Below are positions 10,644 through 20,026 of a DNA stretch of 64,000 nucleotides, piece after piece (the stretch's first letter is position 1; the number at the start of each line of letters is the position of its first letter). Origin of the DNA: Coleofasciculus sp. B1-GNL1-01 (GTDB lineage Bacteria > Cyanobacteriota > Cyanobacteriia > Cyanobacteriales > Coleofasciculaceae); NCBI GenBank assembly GCA_040220235.1, contig JAVJTO010000102.1, one strand, 5' to 3'. The notes under the pieces were generated by a model. That model was not told where the DNA came from, did not search any database, and saw nothing but the letters and a program-made list of their open reading frames with translations. The position numbers and the translations under genes are program-made.

Positions 10644-11654
10644 GTGGTCAAAGTTTTAGTAACTGGTGCTGCTGGTTTCATTGGCTTCCACCTGAGTCAA
10701 CGGTTGTTGAGTCGAGGGGATCGAGTTGTTGGACTTGATAATCTGAACCACTACTATGATGTTTCTCTGAAGCAAGCTAGATTATCTCAACTCGAAGAGC
10801 AGGCAAATTTTAGCTTTTACAAACTAGACTTAACTGATACAGACGGGATTAAGCAGCTATTTACTGAACAAAAATTTGATATTGTCGTTAACTTAGCAGC
10901 ACAAGCAGGGGTTAGACACTCCCTTGAAAATCCTCACGCTTATATCAATAGCAATCTTGTTGGCTTTATCAATATTTTAGAAGGATGTCGCCATTCCCAA
11001 GTCAAGCATCTAGTGTTTGCGTCCTCTAGTTCAGTCTATGGCGCAAACACTAAAATTCCCTTTTCCGTCCATGATAATGTTGATCATCCTATCAGCCTCT
11101 ACGCGGCTACAAAAAAAGCGAATGAATTAATGGCGCATACCTACAGCCATTTGTACGGAATTCCCACAACAGGCTTGCGTTTCTTTAGCGTCTATGGACC
11201 CTGGGGTCGTCCTGATATGGCTTTATTTATATTTACAAAAGCCATTCTATCCGGTCAACCTATTGATGTGTTTAATCAGGGTAAAATGAGGCGAGATTTT
11301 ACCTATATTGATGACATTGTTGCAGGTATTGTCAAGAGCATTGAAAAAGTTCCAACCCCTAATCCAGGCTGGTCAGGCAATACACCCGATCCAGCAACCA
11401 GCTATGTTCCTTATAAACTTTATAACATTGGCAACAATCAACCTGTGGAATTGATGTACTTTATTGAAGTTCTAGAATCTTGTTTGGGAATCAAAGCCCA
11501 GAAAAATATGTTACCCATGCAGCCCGGTGATGTCCCGATCAATTATGCTGATATAGATGATATCATTGCAGATGTTGGGTTCAAGCCGAATACGTCAATT
11601 GAGGAGGGAATAAAAAAGTTTGTTGATTGGTATCGCTCTTATTATAATTGCTAA
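10644..11654 (+). CDS. UDP-glucuronate 4-epimerase-like NAD-dependent epimerase
   Basis: [36 protein letters not shown]. Confidence 0.92.
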   Translation: MVKVLVTGAAGFIGFHLSQRLLSRGDRVVGLDNLNHYYDVSLKQARLSQLEEQANFSFYKLDLTDTDGIKQLFTEQKFDIVVNLAAQAGVRHSLENPHAYINSNLVGFINILEGCRHSQVKHLVFASSSSVYGANTKIPFSVHDNVDHPISLYAATKKANELMAHTYSHLYGIPTTGLRFFSVYGPWGRPDMALFIFTKAILSGQPIDVFNQGKMRRDFTYIDDIVAGIVKSIEKVPTPNPGWSGNTPDPATSYVPYKLYNIGNNQPVELMYFIEVLESCLGIKAQKNMLPMQPGDVPINYADIDDIIADVGFKPNTSIEEGIKKFVDWYRSYYNC

Positions 11655-11691
11655 TACTTGAATTGACTCAATTAACACTCACGACCTCTTA

Positions 11692-12852
11692 ATGAAAGTT
11701 TTACATATTTGTGCAGTTGGATTCACAGTAAAAAACTTACTAATTCCTCAAATAGAATACTTTATTGAACGAGGATTAGATGTGGAAATCGCCTGCTCTC
11801 GTGGCGACGAACTAAAAACTCTGGAAAGTCAGGGATATATTGTTCATCCCATTCAAATTGACCGCAAGATTGCTCCAATTTCTAATTTAAAAAGTATTAC
11901 TAAACTCACTCATTTAATTTCCAATAAGCAGTATGATTTAGTTCATGTCCATACTCCTGTGGCTTCAGTTTTAGGAAGAGTAGCTGCAAAACTAGCGAGA
12001 GCGCCACGAGTAATCTATACCGCTCATGGTTTTTACTTTCATGATAATATGGCAGCAAGAAAATATCGTTTCTATCATTCAATTGAGAAAGTATCGGCTT
12101 GGTTTACTGATTTGATTTTAACTCAAAGCCAAGAAGATTTAGAAACGGCAAAAAAAACGGGCATTTGTCCTGCTCATAAGTTACGTTATTTGGGCAATGG
12201 TGTAGATTTAGCTCGATTTAACCGCTTAAAGCTGATACCAGAAAATCAAGCTATCTTAAAAAAAGAACTACACATTCCGGATCAAGCTTTTCCCATAATT
12301 GGCATGACAGGTCGTATTACGGCTGAAAAAGGATATTTAGAATTAATTAATGCCTTGGATATCATTCGTTTTCAATATCCTAATGTTCATTTGTTAGTGA
12401 TTGGAGGACAGTTAAGTAGCGAACGCGATGCTTTTCAAGTAAAACTCAGCAAATTAATTTCAGGAAAAAATTTAGAAAAGCATGTCACATTTACGGGGTT
12501 CCGTAGCGATATTCCAGAGTTGCTAGGTTTAGTAGATGTATTTACACTTCCGTCTTATCGAGAAGGTTTACCACGTTCAATCTTAGAAGCTATGGCGATG
12601 GAAATACCTGTGATTGCAACAAATATTAGAGGCTGTCGAGAAGCCGTTGCTCATGAAAAAACGGGTTTGATTATTCCTCCTAAAGATAGCGAAAAATTAG
12701 CAGAAGCTCTCTCAACATTGCTGTCAAACTCAGCTCTAAGAAAAGCTTATGGTAGAGCTGGTCGCCAACGTGCTGAATCAGAATTTGATGAACGCTTGGT
12801 TTTTGATCGCTTGCAAACTGCCTACAGAGATTTGGGTATATGGTCAAAATAA
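11692..12852 (+). CDS. Glycosyltransferase family 4
   Basis: HVHTP, YTAHGFYF, PSYREGLPRSILEAMA. Confidence 0.92.
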   Translation: MKVLHICAVGFTVKNLLIPQIEYFIERGLDVEIACSRGDELKTLESQGYIVHPIQIDRKIAPISNLKSITKLTHLISNKQYDLVHVHTPVASVLGRVAAKLARAPRVIYTAHGFYFHDNMAARKYRFYHSIEKVSAWFTDLILTQSQEDLETAKKTGICPAHKLRYLGNGVDLARFNRLKLIPENQAILKKELHIPDQAFPIIGMTGRITAEKGYLELINALDIIRFQYPNVHLLVIGGQLSSERDAFQVKLSKLISGKNLEKHVTFTGFRSDIPELLGLVDVFTLPSYREGLPRSILEAMAMEIPVIATNIRGCREAVAHEKTGLIIPPKDSEKLAEALSTLLSNSALRKAYGRAGRQRAESEFDERLVFDRLQTAYRDLGIWSK

Positions 12853-13739
12853 ATATACTCCTTACAGGAGCAACAGGTTTAACGGGTACTTTATTCCTCA
12901 GCAATCTAGCTGATCAAAACCCAGGCTCACAAATTTACTGCCTAGTGCGTCCAACCAGCGATTGCTCCTCGATCAAACGCCTCAACCTCAATCTGAGCTA
13001 CTTCACAGGCGATAGCTCCAAGTGTGAAACTTGGAATGAAATATTGGCTCAGTACATTCCCAGTACGATTGTCCATATCGCTTCAATCCGTCATGTTCCT
13101 GTTATTCTGGATAGCCTAAAAAAAGCCCAGAAAACTCCTCGATTAATTGTAATTGGCACGACTGGCGTTTATTCCCAATACAACCAATACGCTAAAGATT
13201 ATAAAGCTATTGAAGAACAGCTAATTCAGTATCCAGGTCACTACTGTCTCCTGCGCCCAACCATGATTTACGGTTCTCACCGTGATAAAAACCTGCATAA
13301 GCTGATTAAATTTTGCGATCGCTATGGCTTCTTTCCCGTGTTTGGTTCGGGTCAATGCCTTCTTCAACCGATTCATGCTGATGACCTAGCCAAGGCTATT
13401 CTTCATGTCCTACAACGCCCAACTATCCAGGGAACTTACGACCTTTCCGGTGGTAGTATCGTCACATTTCGCGAACTTCTAGCCATAGTTGAAAAACAGC
13501 TTGGCAAACCTGTGCGTCCAATCTACATCCCTCTGCGTGTTGGAATTTGGTCAGCAACAGTCGCCGAGAAAGTTCTTGGCACTAAATCACCAGTGCGACG
13601 GGAACAAATTCTTCGCTTGCAAGAAGACAAAGCCTATCCCCATGATGCGGCTCAACCTGACCTCGACTTTTTTCCGCGATCGCTTGAGGTTGGCTTACGG
13701 CAAGAAGTGGAACTCATGCACAGCCAAGGAGTCCTATAG
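12840..13739 (+). CDS. NAD-dependent epimerase/dehydratase (atypical SDR)
   Basis: LLTGATGLTG, LRPTMIYG, QPIHADDLA. Confidence 0.85.
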   Translation: MVKINILLTGATGLTGTLFLSNLADQNPGSQIYCLVRPTSDCSSIKRLNLNLSYFTGDSSKCETWNEILAQYIPSTIVHIASIRHVPVILDSLKKAQKTPRLIVIGTTGVYSQYNQYAKDYKAIEEQLIQYPGHYCLLRPTMIYGSHRDKNLHKLIKFCDRYGFFPVFGSGQCLLQPIHADDLAKAILHVLQRPTIQGTYDLSGGSIVTFRELLAIVEKQLGKPVRPIYIPLRVGIWSATVAEKVLGTKSPVRREQILRLQEDKAYPHDAAQPDLDFFPRSLEVGLRQEVELMHSQGVL

Positions 13740-13775
13740 TAAAAGATGTGTGTGTGAGAAGTGTAATAGACAAGC

Positions 13776-14774
13776 ATGTTAACTGTTCTTACGGCTGCCA
13801 GTGTACTGGCGAGTATCCTCCTGACCAATATCATTAAACGACGCTTCAGCAACCACTTACTGGACATCCCCAACGATCGCAGTTCCCATACCCAACCGAC
13901 TCCCCGTGGTGGTGGCTTGGGTTTCATCCTGGCGTTTGCCATAACGGGGTTAATTGCCACTCTATTCGCCCGTTATTTCCCTCAACTCCTCTCCCACCCC
14001 TTAATTAACCCCAACCCAACCTTCCTGTGGCTCATCCTCACCCCCCTAGCCGTCATTGGCATCATCGATGACCGCCAAGGGCTTCCCGCCAGAATACGCT
14101 ACCTCGTACATCTGTCCGTCGCCAGTCTCGCGATCGCGTGTTTCGGTTCTTTCCCCCTACCCTGGCTCCCTAACTTCGATATACCAGGTCAAATAATCGC
14201 GATCGCACTCACCCTAATTGGCATCACCGCCCTAATTAACTTCTACAACTTCATGGATGGTTTAGATGGTCTAGTTGCCAGTGTCACCGCCCTCCAGATG
14301 GCATTCCTAGCACTATACCTCAACCAACCCCTATTCTGGCTACTTACCGCCGCCCTCCTGGGTTTTCTCTGGTGGAATTGGTCTCCCGCGAAAATCTTTA
14401 TGGGCGATGCGGGTAGCACTGTCTTGGGAGCGAGTGTCGCCATCGCCCTACTTAACAGCCATAATCCCGTGCAAGCCTGGTCTGCTTTGGCTGTAACTCT
14501 CCCCCTCACCGCTGATGCCATTTATACCCTAATCCGTCGCCTTATCCGCCAAGAAAACATCTTTAAAGGACATCGTAGCCATGTTTACCAGCGGCTTCAG
14601 CAATCCGGTTGGACTCATCGCCAAGTTGCCCTCACCTACCTGATTGCCACCAGCTTAATTATCCTGTTAATTACCACTCTCGGTACTTTGGGGAGTTGCT
14701 TCAGTTTAATCGGGGTACTAATGGCGATCGCGATCGCGGAAATGTATCTCCAGGCGAAAAGGGCGATCGTTTAG
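13776..14774 (+). CDS. Polyprenyl-phosphate N-acetylhexosamine-1-phosphate transferase (WecA/WbpL-like, MraY family)
   Basis: DIPNDRSSHTQPTPRGGG, GIIDD, NFYNFMDGLDG, AKIFMGDAGS, HRSHVYQRL. Confidence 0.92.
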   Translation: MLTVLTAASVLASILLTNIIKRRFSNHLLDIPNDRSSHTQPTPRGGGLGFILAFAITGLIATLFARYFPQLLSHPLINPNPTFLWLILTPLAVIGIIDDRQGLPARIRYLVHLSVASLAIACFGSFPLPWLPNFDIPGQIIAIALTLIGITALINFYNFMDGLDGLVASVTALQMAFLALYLNQPLFWLLTAALLGFLWWNWSPAKIFMGDAGSTVLGASVAIALLNSHNPVQAWSALAVTLPLTADAIYTLIRRLIRQENIFKGHRSHVYQRLQQSGWTHRQVALTYLIATSLIILLITTLGTLGSCFSLIGVLMAIAIAEMYLQAKRAIV

Positions 14775-14893
14775 AAATTTGCCCCAGGTGGTGCGATCGC
14801 CAATCCCAGCTTAGATGTCCCATTGACGACCAATCAGGAAACCTGTAGCATCTAATTAGAGTCTTAATAGAGATTTTAATTTAGTTCTATTCT

Positions 14894-15226
14894 ATGGTTA
14901 ACCTTCAAGATATTCACTCACTCACTGATTTTAAGCGCAACGCCAGTAACTATATAGAACGCATCCGAGAAACGAAAGCACCAATGGTACTGACAATAAA
15001 CGGTGAGGCGGCTGTGATTGTCCAAGATGCCCTCAGTTTCCAACATCTACAAGATCGCCTCAAGGAACTCGAAGCGGAATTAGAGAAAGTTAAACTGCAA
15101 GCCTTACAGACAGAAATCCGTCAAGGAGTTGAGAGCGGAGAAGCCACACCACTTGACATTGAAGACGTGATCCGTCGAGGTCAAGCACGAAGTCTTGAAC
15201 GTCGAAGCACAGAGCAAGGTGTATGA
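14894..15226 (+). CDS. Type II antitoxin: Phd/YefM N-terminal domain with a ParD-like C-terminal tail
   Basis: SLTDFKRNA...PMVLTINGEAAVIVQD (Phd); KLQALQTEIRQGVESGEATPLD (ParD-like); upstream palindrome TCTAATTAGA at 14851. Confidence 0.8.
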   Translation: MVNLQDIHSLTDFKRNASNYIERIRETKAPMVLTINGEAAVIVQDALSFQHLQDRLKELEAELEKVKLQALQTEIRQGVESGEATPLDIEDVIRRGQARSLERRSTEQGV

Positions 15227-15540
15227 GCGAGATTTTCAAGCGTCCTCTTGCTCAGACAGATTTAGATGCTATCTGGGACTATCTCGAAGAAAATAGTAAT
15301 CAAGAGCAGGCAGCAGATTTTCTGAGAAAGCTTTATGCCAAATTGGAAATCCTTGCCCAAAACCCTTATATTGGGCGTATTCGTGACGAGTTGTTACCAG
15401 AACTGCGGAGTTTCCCATTTAGGAACTATCTGATTTTTTACTTTCCCCTGACGAATGGAATTGAGGTGGTGCGTGTGCTTTATGGGAGACGGGATATAGA
15501 GCGTATTTTCGCCGAAGAAGGGGAAGAGGAAGAAATGTGA
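15223..15540 (+). CDS. RelE/ParE family toxin (ParE-like)
   Basis: AQTDLDAIWDY, NPYIGRIRDEL, YLIFY, IEVVRVLYGRRD; ATGA overlap with the antitoxin. Confidence 0.9.
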   Translation: MSEIFKRPLAQTDLDAIWDYLEENSNQEQAADFLRKLYAKLEILAQNPYIGRIRDELLPELRSFPFRNYLIFYFPLTNGIEVVRVLYGRRDIERIFAEEGEEEEM

Positions 15541-15583
15541 AGATCTAATCGTAGACTAGCGGCGTTTTGTCACCGTAGGTTAA

Positions 15584-15655
15584 TGTGGGCGACCCGCACG
15601 GCATCAATTAACGCCTGTATCCACTCAATGGACTCGGGTCGCCCTTTACTCAACC
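15584..15655. repeat. GGGCGACCCG...CGGGTCGCCC palindromic dispersed repeat
   Basis: Same family as 1504..1563, 16842..16915 and 38912. Confidence 0.75.
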
Positions 15656-15733
15656 AAAAATTCCAACATTGCCAACGCTACCCATTAGGATTAGCGATGG
15701 GATAATTGATCCTGAGAATCCAGATTAACTGCT

Positions 15734-16639
15734 ATGCCATCTCAAACCCTAAAATACGCTTACTTCCCTGGTTGTGTCGCCCAAGGCGCTTGCCGAGAGT
15801 TGTACCAATCCACCGCCGCCCTGACTCAAGCCTTGGGCATTGAACTGATTGAACTGAAAAAAGCTTCCTGTTGTGGTTCTGGCACATTTAAGGAAGATTC
15901 CCGATTACTGGAAGATACCGTAAATGCTCGTAATATTGCCTTGGCGGAGGAACTCAATCTCCCCCTGTTGACCCATTGCAGCACCTGTCAGGGGGTTATT
16001 GGTCATGTGGATGAACGCTTGAAGGACTTTCAACAGAGTGATCCGGGCTATATTGATCAAGTTAATGGCTTACTGAAAAAAGAGGGTTGTTCTCCTTATA
16101 AAGGGAACAGTGAGGTCAAGCATTTGCTGTGGGCGTTAGTCACCGATTATGGACTAGATGCCTTACAAGAACGGGTCACTCGAAAGTTAAGCGGGTTAAA
16201 ATGTGCTGCGTTCTATGGCTGTTATTTGCTGCGAGGACAAACCACAATACCCTACGACAACCCGTTTCACCCTGAATCAATGGAGAATGTATTTCGATCC
16301 GTTGGCGCAACTCCGGTTTATTATCGTGGACGAACCCAATGTTGTGGTTGGCCCATTGCCAGTTATGCGACCGAGCAATCCTTCCAAATGGCAGGGAAAA
16401 ATATCCAAGAAGCCATTGACGCGGGGGCAGATTGTATGGTAACACCTTGCCCATTGTGCCACCTTAATCTTGACTCTCGTCAACCGGAAGTGGAAAAGGT
16501 AATTGAGCGTAAGCTGGGATTACCTGTGTTACATTTACCGCAATTGGTGGCTTTGGCGCTAGGGATTCCACCCAAGGAGTTGGGGTTGAGTAAGCATATT
16601 GTGTCCACACGACCTGTTTTAGAGAAATTGGGCTTCTAA
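15734..16639 (+). CDS. hdrB: Heterodisulfide reductase subunit B-like protein (CCG domains; cyanobacterial SdhE/HdrB-type)
   Basis: YFPGC, SCCGSG, HCSTCQ, FYGCYLLR, QCCGW, PCPLCHLNLD. Confidence 0.88.
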   Translation: MPSQTLKYAYFPGCVAQGACRELYQSTAALTQALGIELIELKKASCCGSGTFKEDSRLLEDTVNARNIALAEELNLPLLTHCSTCQGVIGHVDERLKDFQQSDPGYIDQVNGLLKKEGCSPYKGNSEVKHLLWALVTDYGLDALQERVTRKLSGLKCAAFYGCYLLRGQTTIPYDNPFHPESMENVFRSVGATPVYYRGRTQCCGWPIASYATEQSFQMAGKNIQEAIDAGADCMVTPCPLCHLNLDSRQPEVEKVIERKLGLPVLHLPQLVALALGIPPKELGLSKHIVSTRPVLEKLGF

Positions 16640-16841
16640 TCCATTCCCCTAACCGATCCTCGACTTCTTGAAGGTTGAGGATCTAAATTGAATGTTACTG
16701 ACTGGTATGCTGGTGGGTTGAGCGAAGCCGAGCGGGTATATCAAAGGTTTTGGCGATCTCATAATGCCCGCTTTTCAGTGCCATTCGATCTAAATTAGCG
16801 ATCGCATCTGCAACGGATGAAAGCAACATTTATAATTCCCC

Positions 16842-16915
16842 TGTAGGGGCGACCCGCTTGACCTAATTCACAACACCAGTCCATTCAATGGGGTCGGGTC
16901 GCCCTTTACTCAACC
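16842..16915. repeat. GTAGGGGCGACCCGC...GGGTCGCCC REP-like palindrome
   Basis: Inverted arms; family shared with 15584. Confidence 0.75.
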
Positions 16916-16980
16916 GCTCTGGCTCCCTATCAACCCAACACTCCACCAGCCCTGTACATAATCCTCAAACCTTTACATAA

Positions 16981-17012
16981 ACGAATGACGAATGACGAAT
17001 GACGAATGACGA
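16981..17012. repeat. Heptamer tandem repeat (ACGAATG)n, STRR-type
   Basis: About 4.5 perfect copies. Confidence 0.9.
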
Positions 17013-17031
17013 TCAAAACCGTTCACTGTAA

Positions 17032-17760
17032 TTGTTCCCACCTACTTATATGGATATTTTAATCGTTGAAGATGAAGCGGAAATCGCCAAACTCATCCAA
17101 CTTACCCTAGAACGGGAAGGATTCACCTGCTACTCCTGTCGCGATGGACTAGCCGCCATGCAAGCCTTCCAAACCCAGCAACCGGATGTGATTATTCTTG
17201 ACTTAATGCTACCCGGATTGGATGGACTGGAAGTTTGCGCCAGAATTCGCCAAAAACCGGGACCCAAAGACCCCTATATTCTAATGCTGACGGCGAAGGG
17301 AGAGGAAATTGACCGCGTAATTGGTCTATCAACAGGTGCTGATGATTACCTGGTCAAGCCCTTTAGCCCTACCGAACTGGTGGCTAGAGTCCGGGCGCTA
17401 TTGCGGCGTAGTTTGCGTCACGGTGGACAGTCCCTCGTCCACCGTACCCAACATTTTACTGTGGATGTAGATCAACATACAGCTAGTCGCCAACTCGATT
17501 CTGGGGAATCAGAACCCCTAGATTTAACCACGTTAGAATTTAATCTGTTGGCAACCTTTACCAGTCAACCGGGTCGAGTTTGGAATCGTACTCAACTGAT
17601 TGATAAACTGTGGGGGAATGACTTCTTTGGCGATGAACGGGTGGTTGATACCCATGTCGCCCGGTTACGGAAAAAAATAGAACCAGATCCCAGTAATCCG
17701 ACCTTTGTTAAGACGGTGATCGGTGTTGGTTATAAATTTGAAGATAACCGTGTAGACTAA
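17032..17760 (+). CDS. OmpR-family response regulator (Synechocystis Rre3-like)
   Basis: ILIVEDE, LDLMLPGLDG, KDPYILMLTAKGEEIDR, winged helix DERVVDTHVARLRKKIEPDP; likely ATG at 17050. Confidence 0.92.
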   Translation: MFPPTYMDILIVEDEAEIAKLIQLTLEREGFTCYSCRDGLAAMQAFQTQQPDVIILDLMLPGLDGLEVCARIRQKPGPKDPYILMLTAKGEEIDRVIGLSTGADDYLVKPFSPTELVARVRALLRRSLRHGGQSLVHRTQHFTVDVDQHTASRQLDSGESEPLDLTTLEFNLLATFTSQPGRVWNRTQLIDKLWGNDFFGDERVVDTHVARLRKKIEPDPSNPTFVKTVIGVGYKFEDNRVD

Positions 17761-18305
17761 ACTTATAGAAACTTGTAGTTTAGTCTTTCATACTGGGTTA
17801 ACCCGTATCGGCTGCACAGCGCAGCTCACTACTCCCTCGACGGTAAACGCCTCTGGGATATACTTGCGGATAATTTGGATACTTCCGTTGATGTCCGCAT
17901 TAATCACACGTCCACTTCTGGACTGAAACAAACCTCTTTTAACCCGCTTCCCAGCATATTTTGATTGCTTTGATGGAAGCTCTAAGTCAATAGCTGATGT
18001 TTTTGATGTGTAACTTTCCTCTTGAATAACTACCTTGATAAGCTGTTCGACATTTAAACCTTAATGTCAATAATGGTGAAAGCCGTGTAGTGCGAGCATC
18101 TTGCTCGCTACATTGAGCATCTTGCTCGCTACATTGAGCATCTTGCTCGCTACTAATACCCAATTTAAATGCATGACAGCTTAATACTGGTTCGGCTTTC
18201 GGCTGGTAGGTTGCTTTGAAGGAAAGCTTTTAGCTTGTTGTAGTATTGGTTTCGACTTTTGAGTGGTCTTCCATTAACCAACATTGGCTGAAAACCGGGT
18301 TGGTT
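17754..18305 (-). mobile_element. tnpB: Degenerate IS200/IS605-family element: tnpB remnant in two fragments plus a right-end hairpin
   Basis: Minus 18305..18183 reads NQPGFQPMLVNGRPLKSRNQYYNKLKAFLQS. Minus 18039..17788 reads IKVVIQEESYTSKTSAIDL...KRVKRGLFQSRSGRVINADINGSIQIIRK...* (RuvC II/III). Hairpin AGACTAAACT-N-AGTTTAGTCT at about 17754..17786. Confidence 0.85.
18039..18183. mobile_element. MITE with TAAGCTGT...CATTTAAA terminal inverted repeats, inside tnpB
   Basis: TIRs TAAGCTGTTCGACATTTAAA / TTTAAATGCATGACAGCTTA; three internal GAGCATCTTGCTCGCTAC repeats; related copies at 248 and 62371. Confidence 0.8.
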
Positions 18306-18426
18306 TTTCTACAATGCAAACCCGCAACAGTTCAGAACCCCTGCCTGTAAAGAAACACCAAAGCGGGCGATCCGACCGTCTGTAGGGGACTCTTCATGAA
18401 GAATTACCTACTAGGCTAGAGTCTTT

Positions 18427-18478
18427 CAACCCGTTTTAACGGGTTTTAGCTTTTAGCCCGAACTTTAGTTCAGGGCTT
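18427..18478. repeat. Small dispersed repeat AACCCGTTTTAACGGGTT...GAACTTTAGTTC
   Basis: Near-identical copy at about 62559..62609. Confidence 0.75.
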
Positions 18479-18527
18479 CACTTAAGCCTTAAGCCAAGCC
18501 CACAAAGCCAAAATTGTATCAAACCCC

Positions 18528-19664
18528 ATGAGTAAAACCAGTTTACACCGCCGCAAATCCTTACCCTTAGTCTCACGCCTGTTTCTCTCCCATTTGCTGG
18601 TGATGATTGTCGGCGTGGGTTCCCTTTTAATTATTAGTAAAGTGTCTTCGCCGCGCTTCTTTATTTTGCATCTGCAACAATTAGAAGGCAAAGGAGTTAT
18701 CTTTCGCGTTGCTCGTACCTCTCTATTAAAAGGATTTCAAACCGCCTGGAATCGCGGCACGTTTTGGTCGGTTATTGTTGGCACGACGGCGGCGGGAGGA
18801 CTCAGTTATTGGTTGTCTCGTCGCATCGTCAAACCCCTGACTCAAATTGAAGACATTACCCAACAATTTGCCGCAGGTAAGCTGGATAAACGGCTTCCGC
18901 CCAGTGAAATTCCTGAAATTAATCAACTCGCCAGCAGTTTTAACCAAATGGCGGTGAGTTTAGAAGATGTGGAACAGCGACGGCGAGATTTAGTCAGTGA
19001 TTTGACTCATGAACTGCGAACGCCTTTGACGGTACTAAGGGGTTATTTAGAAGAACTGGCTACACAACGGATGGACGCAACGCCTGCGATGTATCAGCAG
19101 TTGGCAAAAGAAACGCGCCGATTGGAACGATTAATTAATGATTTACAGGAACTCTCGAAAGCCGAAGCGGGTTATCTGCCAATCAAAGTGGAACCTGTAA
19201 ATGTGCGTCCCTTGTTAGAATCACTGGTACAAAAGTTTACGGATCAGGTGTTGGAAGAAGGTCCGGTATTGCAGTTAGATTGTCCGGAGAAATTGCCGCG
19301 AGTCTTGGCGGATAGTGACCGATTGGAACAGGTACTGATGAATCTTTTAGGGAATGCTATTCGCCATACTCAAACGGGTGAGATTAGGGTACGGGTGTGG
19401 GTAGAACGGGATGGGAGAAAAGGACGGATTCCTAGGTTATGGATTGCGGTAACGGATACAGGGATGGGGATTGCCCCAGAGGATCTCCCTCATGTGTTTG
19501 AACGGTTCTGGCGGGCGGAAAAGTCGCGCAATCCGAATACTGGGGGAACGGGAATTGGGTTAGCGATATCAAAGCGATTGGTGGAATTGCAAGGGGGTGA
19601 GATTGAGGTGGAAAGTCAGTTAGGGGTGGGCAGTACGTTTCGATTTTATCTGCCTTTGGCGTGA
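18528..19664 (+). CDS. Membrane sensor histidine kinase with HAMP (Synechocystis Hik10-like)
   Basis: 2 TM, HAMP, DLTHELRTPL H-box, NLLGNAIRHT, DTGMGI, GGTGIGL. Confidence 0.92.
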   Translation: MSKTSLHRRKSLPLVSRLFLSHLLVMIVGVGSLLIISKVSSPRFFILHLQQLEGKGVIFRVARTSLLKGFQTAWNRGTFWSVIVGTTAAGGLSYWLSRRIVKPLTQIEDITQQFAAGKLDKRLPPSEIPEINQLASSFNQMAVSLEDVEQRRRDLVSDLTHELRTPLTVLRGYLEELATQRMDATPAMYQQLAKETRRLERLINDLQELSKAEAGYLPIKVEPVNVRPLLESLVQKFTDQVLEEGPVLQLDCPEKLPRVLADSDRLEQVLMNLLGNAIRHTQTGEIRVRVWVERDGRKGRIPRLWIAVTDTGMGIAPEDLPHVFERFWRAEKSRNPNTGGTGIGLAISKRLVELQGGEIEVESQLGVGSTFRFYLPLA

Positions 19665-19781
19665 GTTTTGTTGTCAAAGTCAACAGAGATTCAGTTTCTT
19701 AATAAATATTTAACCTAATTTTCTCCAAAAAGAGATAAAATGAAGGGCAATAAAATTCAGCTCAGATAAGTGAGATCGGCT

Positions 19782-19985
19782 ATGTCATCTAAAGTTTTTA
19801 ATTTGCTGTCTGACCTTGCCCAAGATACAAATAAGCGGGACAGATTTAACGAAAATCCTGAGGTCGTACTAGACGAATACGGAATTGATCAAGATATGAA
19901 GACTTTGCTCACCAGTGGAAAGTGGGAAGATTTTCAACAAGCCGTTCATAAAGAGGCTGAAGCATACGGCATGAAAGCACCCTAG
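19782..19985 (+). CDS. Putative RiPP precursor with a LigA-like / borosin-binding-domain-like helical leader (67 aa)
   Basis: LLSDLAQD...RFNENPEVVLDEYGIDQDMKTLLTSG resembles LigA/SonA-type leaders; 41 bp upstream of a RiPP radical SAM gene. Confidence 0.7.
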   Translation: MSSKVFNLLSDLAQDTNKRDRFNENPEVVLDEYGIDQDMKTLLTSGKWEDFQQAVHKEAEAYGMKAP

Positions 19986-20026
19986 TGCAGGATGGTAAAA
20001 GTTAAGTAACCGATGCAAGAGAGCAG

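Noticed and set aside
15734..16639. hdrB as evidence of methanogen-like or sulfur-reducing metabolism
   Set aside because: Stand-alone HdrB-like CCG proteins are common in cyanobacteria and linked to succinate dehydrogenase; no hdrA/C here.
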